Numbered from the stretch's first letter, positions 45,399-55,575 are shown. The stretch is 64,000 nucleotides of DNA from an uncultured Candidatus Saccharibacteria bacterium (GCA_964371255.1 CAYJKV010000001.1:32573-96572); one strand, 5' to 3'. Translations and numbers: made by a program. The notes: generated from the letters alone by a model not told the origin.

Positions 45399-46805
45399 AT
45401 GGTGACAGTAACGTTTTTTGGGGGCGCGGGCGGCGTGACGGGCTCCAAACATCTGGTGGAGCATAACAATAAAAAGACTTTGTTGGATTGCGGGACTTTT
45501 CAGGGTTTGTCAGATGTGAGGGAACGCAATCGCGCTTTGCCCTTCAGGCCGGAGACAATTGATCGGGTAGTATTATCCCACGCCCATGTTGATCATTGCG
45601 GCATGTTATTGATCTTGGTGAAGCGAGGTTTTACTGGTCCGATTCTAGCCACGGCCGCGACAAAAGAAGTGGTCAATTATATGCTGCTCGACATGGTAGG
45701 GATAGAGGCTGGCGACGCGGAATTTAGACGAAAACATCGGATCGGTGCGCCGGACGAGCGTGAGCCTTTATTTGAGGAAGAGGATGTAGCGCCAGTGATG
45801 AAGCAGTTTGTGGAGGTGCCGTACGTGCGGGAAAACAAAGGTTGGTACCCGATTGACGACGAGACGGACCTAAGGTTTTATGATGCGGGACATATTCTAG
45901 GGTCGGCTGTCAGTGTGCTTCGTTTCAAGTCGAGTAATTTTACCATGGCTTATACCGGCGATTTAGGCTCAGTCGGGATGCCGCTATTGTTTGATCCGGA
46001 AGTACCACAAGAAGAGATCCAGTTTGTGATTTGTGAAAGCACTTATGGCAGCCGCAAACATCAACCTTTGCAGCAAGCCCTGGACAGAATGGCTGCGGCG
46101 ATTAACCGGACATGCGCGCGAGGCGGAAAAATTATTGTGCCAGCTTTCTCCTTGGGACGGACGCAAGAGCTAGTCTATTGGTTACATAAGATGGTGGATA
46201 CTAAACAAATTCCCCGGTTTCCTATTTACGTTGATTCACCATTAGCAACTGACTTAACAGAGGTTTATCGGCATCATCGAGATGATTATGATGAAGAGTC
46301 ATGGACAGATTTTCCCAGGGCAGATGATCGGCCATTAGCTTTTCGCAATCTACGGTATGTGACATCGCGCGATGAGTCAGTCAGTTTGAATAGTAAAGCA
46401 GGGCCTTTTATGGTGATTTCCGCGTCAGGTATGATGTCGGCGGGACGAGTAGTACATCATTTGAAGAATAACTTATCAGATGCGAAGAACACAGTTTTTG
46501 TTACCGGATACCAGGCGGAGGGAACGTTGGGACGAAGAATACTGGAAGGAGCAAAGAGTGTCGATATATTTGGTGAGCCGGTAAGGGTCAGAGCCCAGGT
46601 GGAACTGTTGAATGAACTATCCGCACATGCTGATCGTGAACAACTACAGAGTTATCTGGAAAAAATCAGGGGACTGAGACGTGTCGCATTAGTGCATGGC
46701 GAGCCGCACCAGGCGGATGATTTAAAAAAGCAACTACAAACAGCCCATTCTGATTGGCAGGTTGATCGACCCGAGGAAGGAGAAACTCTTGAGATTAATA
46801 AGTAA
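45399..46805 (+). CDS. Metallo-beta-lactamase / beta-CASP RNA-processing nuclease (RNase J / CPSF-like).
   Basis: HAHVDHCG (HxHxDH); beta-CASP motifs including SAHAD near the C-terminus; 468 aa. Confidence 0.8.
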   Translation: MVTVTFFGGAGGVTGSKHLVEHNNKKTLLDCGTFQGLSDVRERNRALPFRPETIDRVVLSHAHVDHCGMLLILVKRGFTGPILATAATKEVVNYMLLDMVGIEAGDAEFRRKHRIGAPDEREPLFEEEDVAPVMKQFVEVPYVRENKGWYPIDDETDLRFYDAGHILGSAVSVLRFKSSNFTMAYTGDLGSVGMPLLFDPEVPQEEIQFVICESTYGSRKHQPLQQALDRMAAAINRTCARGGKIIVPAFSLGRTQELVYWLHKMVDTKQIPRFPIYVDSPLATDLTEVYRHHRDDYDEESWTDFPRADDRPLAFRNLRYVTSRDESVSLNSKAGPFMVISASGMMSAGRVVHHLKNNLSDAKNTVFVTGYQAEGTLGRRILEGAKSVDIFGEPVRVRAQVELLNELSAHADREQLQSYLEKIRGLRRVALVHGEPHQADDLKKQLQTAHSDWQVDRPEEGETLEINK

Positions 46806-46862
46806 ACCGCTTGATGCTCACAAAATCATAAGGGTGAGGCCAAGCGGGGTAGCGGTGAGGCG

Positions 46863-47090
46863 CTATTTTTTACCGTGCCATTTGTTATGTGTTGGATGCC
46901 ATTGCGCGTTATGGATGGCGGCAGACTTGATGTTTTTGGCGTACTTGTCACTAATCGATGCTTTACCGCGGGCACCGAGAGCGTTACCGACAATAATGCC
47001 GAGAATAATACCGGGACCAAAACCAGTTATAGCATACAGAGTAACGTAAGAGAGGATTTGAAATAAGAAAGCGATGTCCATAGTAGTCAA
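46863..47090 (-). CDS. GlsB/YeaQ/YmgE-family small membrane protein (transglycosylase-associated).
   Basis: GFGPGIILGIIVGNALG motif; TTG start in the ORF track, likely true start at the internal ATG. Confidence 0.6.
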   Translation of the reverse strand: MTTMDIAFLFQILSYVTLYAITGFGPGIILGIIVGNALGARGKASISDKYAKNIKSAAIHNAQWHPTHNKWHGKK

Positions 47091-47280
47091 CGAACCTTGG
47101 TGCTACTGGCTTCGGCTAGTGTCCAGACAATGAAAAAACCCAGCACGAAACCAGCTAAAAAGAAGGCTCCCCAAAGTGTTAGGTGGTCAAATAAAGTCAG
47201 CATAAGATAGTATGATTATATACCAAATTTGAGAGATGTCTGGAAGGGGGTTAAAAAACCACCGGGAGGGGTGGTTAGGG

Positions 47281-47913
47281 CTAGTTGTTATAGAATTTGA
47301 CGTAGGCATACCAGGTGATGAAAGTGAGTCCGATGGTGAAACTTTCCATCAAATAGCAAACTGGCCAGCACATGGCGGCAGGTAAAAAGGAGATGAGCCG
47401 GCTGTTAAAAGTGCAGGTAAATAAGAAACAACTGAAGATCATCAGGCTAATAGTGCGGGCTTTACCAAACCATTGGGCATGGCTAGACAGACCTTTGGCC
47501 GCGCCGAGACACCTTAAAGCCATAACATAATTGTCCCGCCAAACATTAACTGCGAGGAAGACGACTAATAAGCAGGCATGGCCAGGATTGGTCAGAGTGA
47601 GGGGTAGCAGGCAGCTACTAACAACAACCACTAAAAAATTTTTATCGTGAACCGTATCCAGGAGGCCGCCGAACTCTGAAACGCCGCTGTAGTTGCGGGC
47701 TATCCAGCCATCGAAGGTGTCGGTGAGAGCAGATATAATTAGCAGTCCAAGGCCTACTTCGGCAGGCCAAGGGATGTGGGTTGACCAACCATATAAACCG
47801 CACATAACACCCAGCAAAGCAATTGGGGTGCGAGTGTGAGTAATAAGATTAGCCAGAGAGGTAGCGTTGTCATGACGGTTGGCAGCTGTCAGGTCGGTTC
47901 TTAAAATAGTCAT
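47281..47913 (-). CDS. pgsA: CDP-alcohol phosphatidyltransferase (phosphatidylglycerophosphate-synthase-like).
   Basis: DTFDGWIARNYSGVSEFGGLLDTVHDK, i.e. the D-G-x2-A-R...G-x3-D-x3-D motif. Confidence 0.8.
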   Translation of the reverse strand: MTILRTDLTAANRHDNATSLANLITHTRTPIALLGVMCGLYGWSTHIPWPAEVGLGLLIISALTDTFDGWIARNYSGVSEFGGLLDTVHDKNFLVVVVSSCLLPLTLTNPGHACLLVVFLAVNVWRDNYVMALRCLGAAKGLSSHAQWFGKARTISLMIFSCFLFTCTFNSRLISFLPAAMCWPVCYLMESFTIGLTFITWYAYVKFYNN

Positions 47914-48113
47914 GGCTTACTCCTTTGATTAAGTGCCTCGACAGGTGAAAAGAACACGATAACAGTAGGACTAATAAATAGTTCAGTCAATTTTAATAAA
48001 CCAAGAGGTAATTTAGTAAAAAGCGCCGGTATTTATTTACGCAGGGATACATTAGGCAGGGGAGACCAGGAGTGACGGATAGGTAGACGTCTACTCTTGT
48101 ATATATCATATCT

Positions 48114-48368
48114 TTGTGGTACTATATCAGGGTGAAACAAAAGAAAAACAAAGAGGACGATGTTAATTTTATCGGCTCGACGAGCGATGTTTTCATTAAA
48201 TACTATAATGAGAACATTCCAGCGTCTTTTCCTCGGGCGACGATTAAGATATTAAAAAAATTCCAAGCACTATACCCAACGCTTTTTAAAAAAAATGGTG
48301 AATGGACGATCAATAAGCACAGAAAAAAATTGATGGATTGGCTTTCTTCGTATCGGGACGATGATTAA
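48114..48368 (+). CDS. Hypothetical small basic protein (84 aa).
   Basis: ORF only; no family recognised. Confidence 0.25.
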   Translation: MWYYIRVKQKKNKEDDVNFIGSTSDVFIKYYNENIPASFPRATIKILKKFQALYPTLFKKNGEWTINKHRKKLMDWLSSYRDDD

Positions 48369-48497
48369 AAATCGCTGGTAGAACTGTTTTATATTTTGAC
48401 CGGACGCCTAGCAGGCGTTCGTTGTTTTTGGGATCGAAGGCGGAGGGGGGGGAGCAGTTGGCCTGTAATATTAAGCGGTAGTGTATAATTAACAGGT

Positions 48498-48893
48498 ATG
48501 AATACTTATGAATGGTACGCCCAATTAATCAAGCCGTCCTGGTCGCCGCCGGCGGGGTTGTTTGGACCGGTTTGGATGGTACTTTATGGCTTAATCGCCT
48601 TTTCTTTCGGCAAGGTGTTTTATCTGGTGTGGAGAAAACAACTGCCGAGCAAAGTTGTTTGGCCGTTTGTTTTAAACTTGGTTTTTAACTTTGCCTTTAC
48701 GCCGCTGCAATTTGGATTAAAAAATAATACGATGGCGGCGATTGATATATTGTTGGTATTGGGGACGTTGTGGTGGGCGATGGCAGCTATTTATCCATAC
48801 CGGCGATGGATTGCCTATCTGCAAGTTCCTTATTTATTATGGGTAAGCTTTGCGACGGTTTTACAATTAACGATTACTTTTTTAAACAATTAA
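48498..48893 (+). CDS. TspO/MBR-family (tryptophan-rich sensory protein) membrane protein, short form.
   Basis: LIKPSWSPP...FGPVWMVLY signature at the N-terminus; Trp-rich. Confidence 0.6.
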   Translation: MNTYEWYAQLIKPSWSPPAGLFGPVWMVLYGLIAFSFGKVFYLVWRKQLPSKVVWPFVLNLVFNFAFTPLQFGLKNNTMAAIDILLVLGTLWWAMAAIYPYRRWIAYLQVPYLLWVSFATVLQLTITFLNN

Positions 48894-48896
48894 TTT

Positions 48897-49175
48897 ATGG
48901 GAAAAACATACCGGAGTTGTCAAAGTTGCGGGATGCCGATGAAGAAGGATCCGCAGGGTGGGGGAACGAATGTGGACGGGACAAAGTCAGGCAAGTACTG
49001 CAGTTATTGTTATTTAAACGGGGGTTTTACGGGGCCAGACTGGACGGCGGAGAAAATGCAAGAATTTTGTAAGGGGAAATTAATAGAAATGGGCTGGCCT
49101 GGCTGGATAGCTGGATGGTTTACAAAAAGCATACCGAAATTAGAGCGGTGGAACGGCCAAGGTGATAAACCATAA
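48897..49175 (+). CDS. Zinc-ribbon-domain small protein.
   Basis: CQSCGMP...CSYC four-Cys ribbon. Confidence 0.45.
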   Translation: MGKTYRSCQSCGMPMKKDPQGGGTNVDGTKSGKYCSYCYLNGGFTGPDWTAEKMQEFCKGKLIEMGWPGWIAGWFTKSIPKLERWNGQGDKP

Positions 49176-49303
49176 AAAAGGCTAAAAAATAACAGTGACC
49201 AGCCGTAAGTTAATGTTGTGCAAGGGAGAAGGACATGAGGCATACGCGAGGTCATATTAAGCCATCTGGACAGATGGCAAATGGTATACTATAACAATCT
49301 CTT

Positions 49304-51184
49304 ATGCCAATAGACGAGTTAGTAATTGGTGAACGGCGGATCGGTCCAAACCAGCCGGTTTTTGTCATTGCTGAAGCGTCCGTCAACCATAATGGCAGCG
49401 TCAAGCGGGCGCGCGAATTGATTGCGGCGGCCGCGGCAGCGGGAGCCGACGCGGTCAAGTTCCAGAAGCGTAACTTGGACCAAGTGTACCAAAAAAAACT
49501 GCTTGATAATCCTAATAGCGCGGAGCAGAAATATCAGTATCTGCTACCTTTATTAAAGGAATTTGAACTGGCCGATGAAGTGTTTGTGGAGCTGGAAAAG
49601 TATGCGCACGAGCTGGAAATAATGTTTCTGGTTAATGGATGGGATGCCATGAGCGTCAGGTGGATTGAGGAAAATTTGCGGATGCCAGTGCATAAGGTGG
49701 GATCGCCGGATATGACTAATGATGAGTTATTGGAAATTATTATGGCCACCGGTAAGCCCATGATTGTTTCCACGGGGATGAGTCGGGAAGAAGAGATTGA
49801 CCATATGGTGGCGTTACTGCAGAGTCATCACGCCGTATTCGCCTTGCTGCATACGAATAACATTTATCCGGCGCCGTTTGACGAGATCAATCTGAAATTC
49901 ATGGACCGGTTGGCTAAATATGGTCAGCCAGTCGGCTATTCTGGTCACGAACGGGGCATCGCGATATCGATTGCGGCGGTAGCGCGTGGAGCGACGGTGA
50001 TTGAGCGTCACTTAACGGTGGATCGGTCACTGGAGGGGCCGGACCACCAAGCCAGTTTGCTGCCAATGGAATTCAAGGAAATGGTTAAAAGTATCCGACA
50101 GGTTGAGATAGCATTAGGGGATGGTAAGAAAAAATTTACAAGAATTGAGCAGATGAATCGGGAACAATTGGGCAAGAGTATCGTAGCGAAAACTTTTATC
50201 AGTGATGGCGCGATTATCACCAGGGAATTGTTAACAACCAGGAGTCCGGCGAAAGGATTGTCGCCACAAAGAATGCAGGAGATAATTGGCATGAAAGCGC
50301 CACGAGATATTCCAGCAGGGGATGCATTGACGGAGGATGACCTGACGGCTGATCAAATATTAAAAACCTTCAACGGCAAAGGATTGCCATGGAAGTGGGG
50401 TCCAATTGTGCGGCTCAAAGAAGATTTTGAACGGTACCTGGAATATGAGCCAAAAGTGTTTGAGTTTCACTTGAGCGACAAAGATTTGGAAGAAGAGGTG
50501 CCGCGCGGCCGGTTCAGTCAGGAAGTGATAGTGCACGCTCCGGAGTATATGCATCGGTTATATTTAAATCCGGCAGCGGAAGACGCCGAAGAAAGAAAAG
50601 TTGCTATCAACACTTTGCAGCGGAGCATTACGGTAGCGGAAAAGTTAGCGGAATCTTTTACAGGACCGGTGAAATTGGTAATCCATCCGTGCGGGATAAC
50701 GTCACAGCCAGCAGACAATCCGGCGAAATTATTAGAGATATTTGGCGATACTTTACAGCAGCTTAAAACTCATACGGTGGAGTTGCTGCCGGAGAATATG
50801 CCTCCCCGGCCATGGGTGTTCGGAGGAGAATGGGTAGGGAATATTTTTCTGCTGGGCGAGGAGATTAAGCGATGGTTGGAACAGACGGGTTATCAGATGT
50901 GTTTTGATACGTCACATGCGGCGTTAGCTTGTAATGCGGCCGGATATGATCTGGTAAAAATGGTGCGAGAATTGAAGCCATTCATCCGACATTTGCATGT
51001 TTCAGACGCTAGCGGGATAGGAGATGAGGGATTGCAAATTGGCGAAGGGACGATCGATTGGGTGAATGTTATGCGGGAATTAACGGGATATAAGCATACG
51101 ATGGTGCCGGAAATATGGCAGGGACATTTGCATGGCGGCAAAGGTTTTCTCCAAGGGATGGAGCATTTACGAAAATATTGGTAA
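49304..51184 (+). CDS. Fusion protein: N-acetylneuraminate (nonulosonate) synthase NeuB-like (TIM barrel plus SAF domain) joined to a C-terminal xylose-isomerase-like TIM-barrel sugar-phosphate isomerase/epimerase domain.
   Basis: NeuB N-terminus QPVFVIAEASVNHNGS..A..LI..A...GADAVKFQ. SAF region KSIVAKTFISDGAIITRELL. C-terminal domain with HLHVSDASG and CFDTSHAAL. Confidence 0.75.
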   Translation: MPIDELVIGERRIGPNQPVFVIAEASVNHNGSVKRARELIAAAAAAGADAVKFQKRNLDQVYQKKLLDNPNSAEQKYQYLLPLLKEFELADEVFVELEKYAHELEIMFLVNGWDAMSVRWIEENLRMPVHKVGSPDMTNDELLEIIMATGKPMIVSTGMSREEEIDHMVALLQSHHAVFALLHTNNIYPAPFDEINLKFMDRLAKYGQPVGYSGHERGIAISIAAVARGATVIERHLTVDRSLEGPDHQASLLPMEFKEMVKSIRQVEIALGDGKKKFTRIEQMNREQLGKSIVAKTFISDGAIITRELLTTRSPAKGLSPQRMQEIIGMKAPRDIPAGDALTEDDLTADQILKTFNGKGLPWKWGPIVRLKEDFERYLEYEPKVFEFHLSDKDLEEEVPRGRFSQEVIVHAPEYMHRLYLNPAAEDAEERKVAINTLQRSITVAEKLAESFTGPVKLVIHPCGITSQPADNPAKLLEIFGDTLQQLKTHTVELLPENMPPRPWVFGGEWVGNIFLLGEEIKRWLEQTGYQMCFDTSHAALACNAAGYDLVKMVRELKPFIRHLHVSDASGIGDEGLQIGEGTIDWVNVMRELTGYKHTMVPEIWQGHLHGGKGFLQGMEHLRKYW

Positions 51185-51242
51185 TAGTTGTTCTTTTGAG
51201 GAGCAGGTTGTAATAAGCATTTTAAGGAATTAGTTTGAATAT

Positions 51243-52034
51243 ATGTACAAGTTAAGAAAATTTTATCCACCAGGTTTTAATCCCCAGCAATATTGGGCAG
51301 ATAGATACGCACAGGAGCATATTGCTGGCCGCAGCAGCGATGAGTTTCGACGGCAGGATTTTTGGCCGCTCATGAAGCAGCATTTACCCCGAGATAAGAA
51401 AATACTGGACGCTGGTTGCGGCGTTGGGGGATGGATTATATTTTTAAAGGAGGAGGGTTTTGATGTCGAGGGTATTGATAGCGCGGCGCGGACGGTGCGG
51501 GCAATGACGGAATATGACCCTGAAATAAAAGTGAAGATAGCAGACGTAGATGCTATCCCCTATCCAGATAACTTGTTTGGGGGAGTGGTCGCAGTGGGCG
51601 CCCTAGAATACGTGGAGGATAGAGTGGATGAGGCACTTAGGGAAGTTAATCGGGTGCTTGGGCCGGAGGGTGTATTTCTTCTGGAGGTACCGATTACAAA
51701 CTTATTGCGGCGCCTATTTTATATTCCGCTAAAAGAGCTGGAAAGACGGATAAAGGGATGGCAGGGTAATGAACCTGTCTTTGCCAATTATTTTTTTGAT
51801 CGACATGAGCTGGTCAGGAAGCTCAAAGCGACTGGTTTTTCTATTATCACAGAGCAGCCGCACGAGTTGCCAGACAGTAACAGTCATTATGGTTTATACG
51901 TTGATTGGAAATGGTTAAGAGGCAGCGAGCCGTATCATCTGAATTTTCTTGGGTTGGCCATCAAAAAATTAGCCAACCTTATTTCACCATGGATTGCTTC
52001 GACCGGTATGGTGATTGTCGCAAAGAAGCGTTGA
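51243..52034 (+). CDS. Class I SAM-dependent methyltransferase.
   Basis: Motif I ILDAGCGVGGW; motif post-I DVEGID. Confidence 0.7.
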   Translation: MYKLRKFYPPGFNPQQYWADRYAQEHIAGRSSDEFRRQDFWPLMKQHLPRDKKILDAGCGVGGWIIFLKEEGFDVEGIDSAARTVRAMTEYDPEIKVKIADVDAIPYPDNLFGGVVAVGALEYVEDRVDEALREVNRVLGPEGVFLLEVPITNLLRRLFYIPLKELERRIKGWQGNEPVFANYFFDRHELVRKLKATGFSIITEQPHELPDSNSHYGLYVDWKWLRGSEPYHLNFLGLAIKKLANLISPWIASTGMVIVAKKR

Positions 52035-52059
52035 CTAATTTTTGTTTGATAACATCAGA

Positions 52060-52155
52060 TTAAAAACCTCCGCCAAAGACAGCGAGACCGAGAGTTAGTG
52101 CAATGAAAACAAGAAGAGCGAGGGTTAACCACTGCATCGTATTTTGCTCATTCAT
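52060..52155 (-). CDS. Unannotated small hydrophobic peptide (31 aa, single TM): MNEQNTMQWLTLALLVFIALTLGLAVFGGGF.
   Basis: ATG preceded by GGGAGGTGATCC. Same SD/spacer architecture as the acidic peptide at 32114. Confidence 0.3.
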   Translation of the reverse strand: MNEQNTMQWLTLALLVFIALTLGLAVFGGGF

Positions 52156-52327
52156 GAAGGATCACCTCCCGTAGTTTTTCTATAAAAGATAGATAACTAG
52201 TAATTACTATTTTACCTTAATTCGTTTGAAGTTGCGAGTAAAGCCTGGGAGTTTTTTGGGAGTGTTCGTTTTAGCAAGAACCAAGGCAGTGCAGCGCCAA
52301 ACAAGATGGAGTATACTTGACTTTTAG

Positions 52328-53131
52328 GTGACGGCGAGTAGTCTTCTAATCTATTACATTAATTTTTACTTTGACCAGATGAGCCAAGACAATAACAGTA
52401 TAAGAGGCAAAATAGTGGTTTTAACCGGTGGGTGCGGTTTTTTAGGTAAATATTTTAGCCGCCTCTTGCTTGAGGCAGGAGCTAAAGTGATTGTGACAGA
52501 TGTGACGAAGGGGGCGGATTTGATAATGGATGTGACAGATCAAAAATCTATTGATGGGAGTTTGGAGGAAATCACAAAGGAACACGGAAAGATTGATGTA
52601 ATGATTAATAATGCCGCGATTGATCCTAAGTTTGACGTGGGTGTGAAGCAGAATCAGTATGAGTTCGTGAATTATCCGGAGGAAGCGATGCAGCAAAGCA
52701 TAAATGTTAATTTACTAGGCACGTGGCGGGTGTGCAAGACGGCTGTAAAAATTATGCGTGAACAAGGGTTTGGCAATATTGTGAACGTGGCTTCGTTTTA
52801 TGGGGTCACGCCCCCACGACAAGAAATCTACCCGGCGGGGACAGAAAAACCAGTTGATTATCCAGTGACAAAAGCGGGTGTGATTATGTTAAGCAGGCAG
52901 ATTGCATCCCAATTCGGACGGGATGGGATCAGGTGTAATGTGCTGGCACCCGGCGGCGTTTTAAAAGAGCAGTCGCTGGAATTTCAGGCTGAATATGAAC
53001 GACATACCTCCTTGGGCCGTATGACGATGCCAGATGAAGTGAGTGATGCATTGTTATTCTTAGCCAGCGACCGTTCACGGGGAATGACCGGCGAGGTTTT
53101 AGTGGTTGATGCCGGTTGGCGGTCAAGATAA
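52328..53131 (+). CDS. Short-chain dehydrogenase/reductase (SDR). True start probably the internal Met (MSQDNN...).
   Basis: TGGCGFLG (TGxxxGxG); NNAAI (NNAG-like); YxxxK region. Confidence 0.8.
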   Translation: MTASSLLIYYINFYFDQMSQDNNSIRGKIVVLTGGCGFLGKYFSRLLLEAGAKVIVTDVTKGADLIMDVTDQKSIDGSLEEITKEHGKIDVMINNAAIDPKFDVGVKQNQYEFVNYPEEAMQQSINVNLLGTWRVCKTAVKIMREQGFGNIVNVASFYGVTPPRQEIYPAGTEKPVDYPVTKAGVIMLSRQIASQFGRDGIRCNVLAPGGVLKEQSLEFQAEYERHTSLGRMTMPDEVSDALLFLASDRSRGMTGEVLVVDAGWRSR

Positions 53132-54073
53132 TTAGATAGAAGGCCAGTGGGCCGGATCGACTTGATGAGGATCAGTAATGGCCAAATCAGACAATTTAGT
53201 AAGAACTGCCGGTGGCAGGGGGTCTTTATTAATCGCCGAGAGAGCGCTTCGTAAATGTTGCGGATCGATTGTACCAATTAGAATGGTCGAGACGGCTGGA
53301 TTGGCAGCGGCAAAACGAATAGCCAAACTGGGCAGGTCGGTGGACATTTTTTCCGCGATAGCCGCGGCTTGCGCGGAATTTTCTTTGAGTGGATTTAAGG
53401 CAAGGGGGAGATGCCGGACGGCGTTAGTGAGAGCACCCTTTAATAAAACTGAGCGATTGATAATACCGATACCATGAGCCAGGGCAGAGGGGAAAACATG
53501 TGCAGCCATGCGTTGATCCAGGATACTATAAGCAGTTTGGATGGTGGAAAAGAAACCGGTTTTAATGGCCGTGAGTGGTGCCTCTTCACCCCGGGTGGCA
53601 ATTCCGACATGCTGCACTTTTCCCTCTTCGATTAAACGTCGCAAAATATCTATTAATTCTCCACGCTCAATTTGTTCTGACGAACCGCCGTGCAGCTGTA
53701 ATAACTGGAGGGAGTCTTGCCGCAGCCGGCGTAGGCTTTCTTCTACCTCGACCCGGATCATATTTTCCAAATCACGGCCGCGCGGATCGGCGCCTTTTTC
53801 TAAGAATTGAGCGCACTTGGTGCCGATTATGATATTTGGCAGGCGACCGATACCGGAACGGCCAATGCGTTCTTCAGCTACGCCATAACCATGAGCGGTA
53901 TCAAAATAAGTAATCCCTAAATCCACAGCCGTTTTTAGAATTCGCTCGGCTGCTTCGTTGGTCGGTAGTGAAGTCGCCCCAATGCCATATGGCAGACCGA
54001 TTTCAACAGTACCAAGACCGATCGGCGAAACATTGAAGACAGTTGAACCCAAAGGGCGTATTACGGTAGTCAT
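53132..54073 (-). CDS. Aldo/keto reductase family oxidoreductase.
   Basis: FDTAHGYG motif; (beta/alpha)8 length of 313 aa. Confidence 0.85.
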   Translation of the reverse strand: MTTVIRPLGSTVFNVSPIGLGTVEIGLPYGIGATSLPTNEAAERILKTAVDLGITYFDTAHGYGVAEERIGRSGIGRLPNIIIGTKCAQFLEKGADPRGRDLENMIRVEVEESLRRLRQDSLQLLQLHGGSSEQIERGELIDILRRLIEEGKVQHVGIATRGEEAPLTAIKTGFFSTIQTAYSILDQRMAAHVFPSALAHGIGIINRSVLLKGALTNAVRHLPLALNPLKENSAQAAAIAEKMSTDLPSLAIRFAAANPAVSTILIGTIDPQHLRSALSAINKDPLPPAVLTKLSDLAITDPHQVDPAHWPSI

Positions 54074-54149
54074 AGTTTAAGCGTAGCATATTGGGAACAA
54101 TGTTTAGAGGAGATCGGGAAGATGGCAGAGAACATCAAAAAAGAAGTAA

Positions 54150-54656
54150 TCAAGCTAAGAGCGACAGGGGGATTTTGACAATTAATTTTTGTACGAAGTT
54201 ATTGCCAGAGTGGGGCAGGCCGGGCTGATGTGCGTCAGGAGGGAAGAAAACGGCGACGCAGCGGGGTAGCATGACAACGGATCGCAATGGTTTGCGGGGA
54301 GGATTATATAAAGTATAGTCCGCAGCGGGGTGATGCGAGATGGGAGATAATTGATCAATGGGAGCGACTTGAATGATTTCACTGCCGGATAAACAAATAT
54401 GGATGTCAATATGAAGCAAATGGGATTCGTATCGGTTTTGGTCTGGCCGGGCGGTTGCCATTGTTTTGAGATGAGCTTGAATAGTAGGGAAATCTGGATG
54501 ACAGAAAGTATTGTCCTGGTCGGAAACGGGAATGGCAGGCAGCCAAGAAAACACCGCGCGCCAAGCAGGCTGCGGCAGCTGTTTGTATAGCAGATCGAGG
54601 TTGTCCAGACTGCCGATAATTGCCATATGTTTGTTTTTAGTATAACCACTTAACAA
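54150..54656 (-). CDS. YhcH/YjgK/YiaL (DUF386, NanQ-like) family protein. Probable start is the internal Met (MAIIGSL).
   Basis: HIDIHI (HxDxH) cupin-like metal motif; ~154 aa. Family associated with sialic-acid metabolism. Confidence 0.5.
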   Translation of the reverse strand: MLSGYTKNKHMAIIGSLDNLDLLYKQLPQPAWRAVFSWLPAIPVSDQDNTFCHPDFPTIQAHLKTMATARPDQNRYESHLLHIDIHICLSGSEIIQVAPIDQLSPISHHPAADYTLYNPPRKPLRSVVMLPRCVAVFFPPDAHQPGLPHSGNNFVQKLIVKIPLSLLA

Positions 54657-54690
54657 TAAGTAAGTAGGAATAATGTTTCTCTAACATAGC

Positions 54691-55575
54691 TTGCGTTATT
54701 GGTCAATAAAGTGGTATAGAGAGCGCATGGGTAAAGAGACTAATAATCCGAAAAGGGACACCGTAGAAGTGGTCGCAATTATTCCTGCTCGGGGAGGACA
54801 GCAAAGCATACCTTACAAAAATTTACAGCCGCTTGGCGGAAAAACTTTATTGGCTTGGGCGGTTGAAGTCGCAATAGCAGCGGAATCGGTAGACGCAGTG
54901 CTTGTATCTACGGAAGATGCAAGGATAGCGAGGGAGTCAAAGAAATTAGGCGCGATAGTAATCCCCCGCCCGAAAAAATATTCGCAGCCGGACAGCAGCG
55001 ATGCGGGGTGGTATAGCCACGCGGTGCAGTGGATGGAAGAGGAAAAAGGGTGGCAGCCGGAACTGATCGTTAATTTGCGGCCGACCAGTCCGCTGCGTTT
55101 TGCGCGGGATGTGGACGCGATGGTCAAATATATGAGGAATAATCCGCAAGCCGATGGGCTTAAGAGTGTGGTCCCAGCACCCATCCATCCTTATAAAATG
55201 TGGACTTTTAAGTCTGAGACTGCGGGGGATAGCGGAGCGCGCGGCAATGAGGATAATGACCGGTCATTAGCAGTGGGCGAAGCGGCTGAACTGCAGGCTG
55301 TGTTTGATAATGATTTTCGCCGGACGCATGGCCCGGACCAGCCGCGACAATATATTCAACAGCAGTGGCCGATTTATTGGCAGGACGGGCAGGTTGACAT
55401 TACACGACGCCGATTTGTGCTGCGTCCGGAATGCTTAGAATATGATAATGTGTGGGGAGAAAACCTTCATGGCTACGTTCTGGATCCGCGTACAAGTACA
55501 GACTTAGATACACCCGAGGATTTTTACCGGGCAGAAAAAATATATAAGGAGTTGCGGGCAGCTAAGGGAGAATGA
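54691..55575 (+). CDS. Acylneuraminate (CMP-nonulosonate) cytidylyltransferase.
   Basis: VVAIIPARGGQQSIPYKNLQPLGGKTLLAW, the N-terminal cytidylyltransferase signature. Confidence 0.75.
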   Translation: MRYWSIKWYRERMGKETNNPKRDTVEVVAIIPARGGQQSIPYKNLQPLGGKTLLAWAVEVAIAAESVDAVLVSTEDARIARESKKLGAIVIPRPKKYSQPDSSDAGWYSHAVQWMEEEKGWQPELIVNLRPTSPLRFARDVDAMVKYMRNNPQADGLKSVVPAPIHPYKMWTFKSETAGDSGARGNEDNDRSLAVGEAAELQAVFDNDFRRTHGPDQPRQYIQQQWPIYWQDGQVDITRRRFVLRPECLEYDNVWGENLHGYVLDPRTSTDLDTPEDFYRAEKIYKELRAAKGE

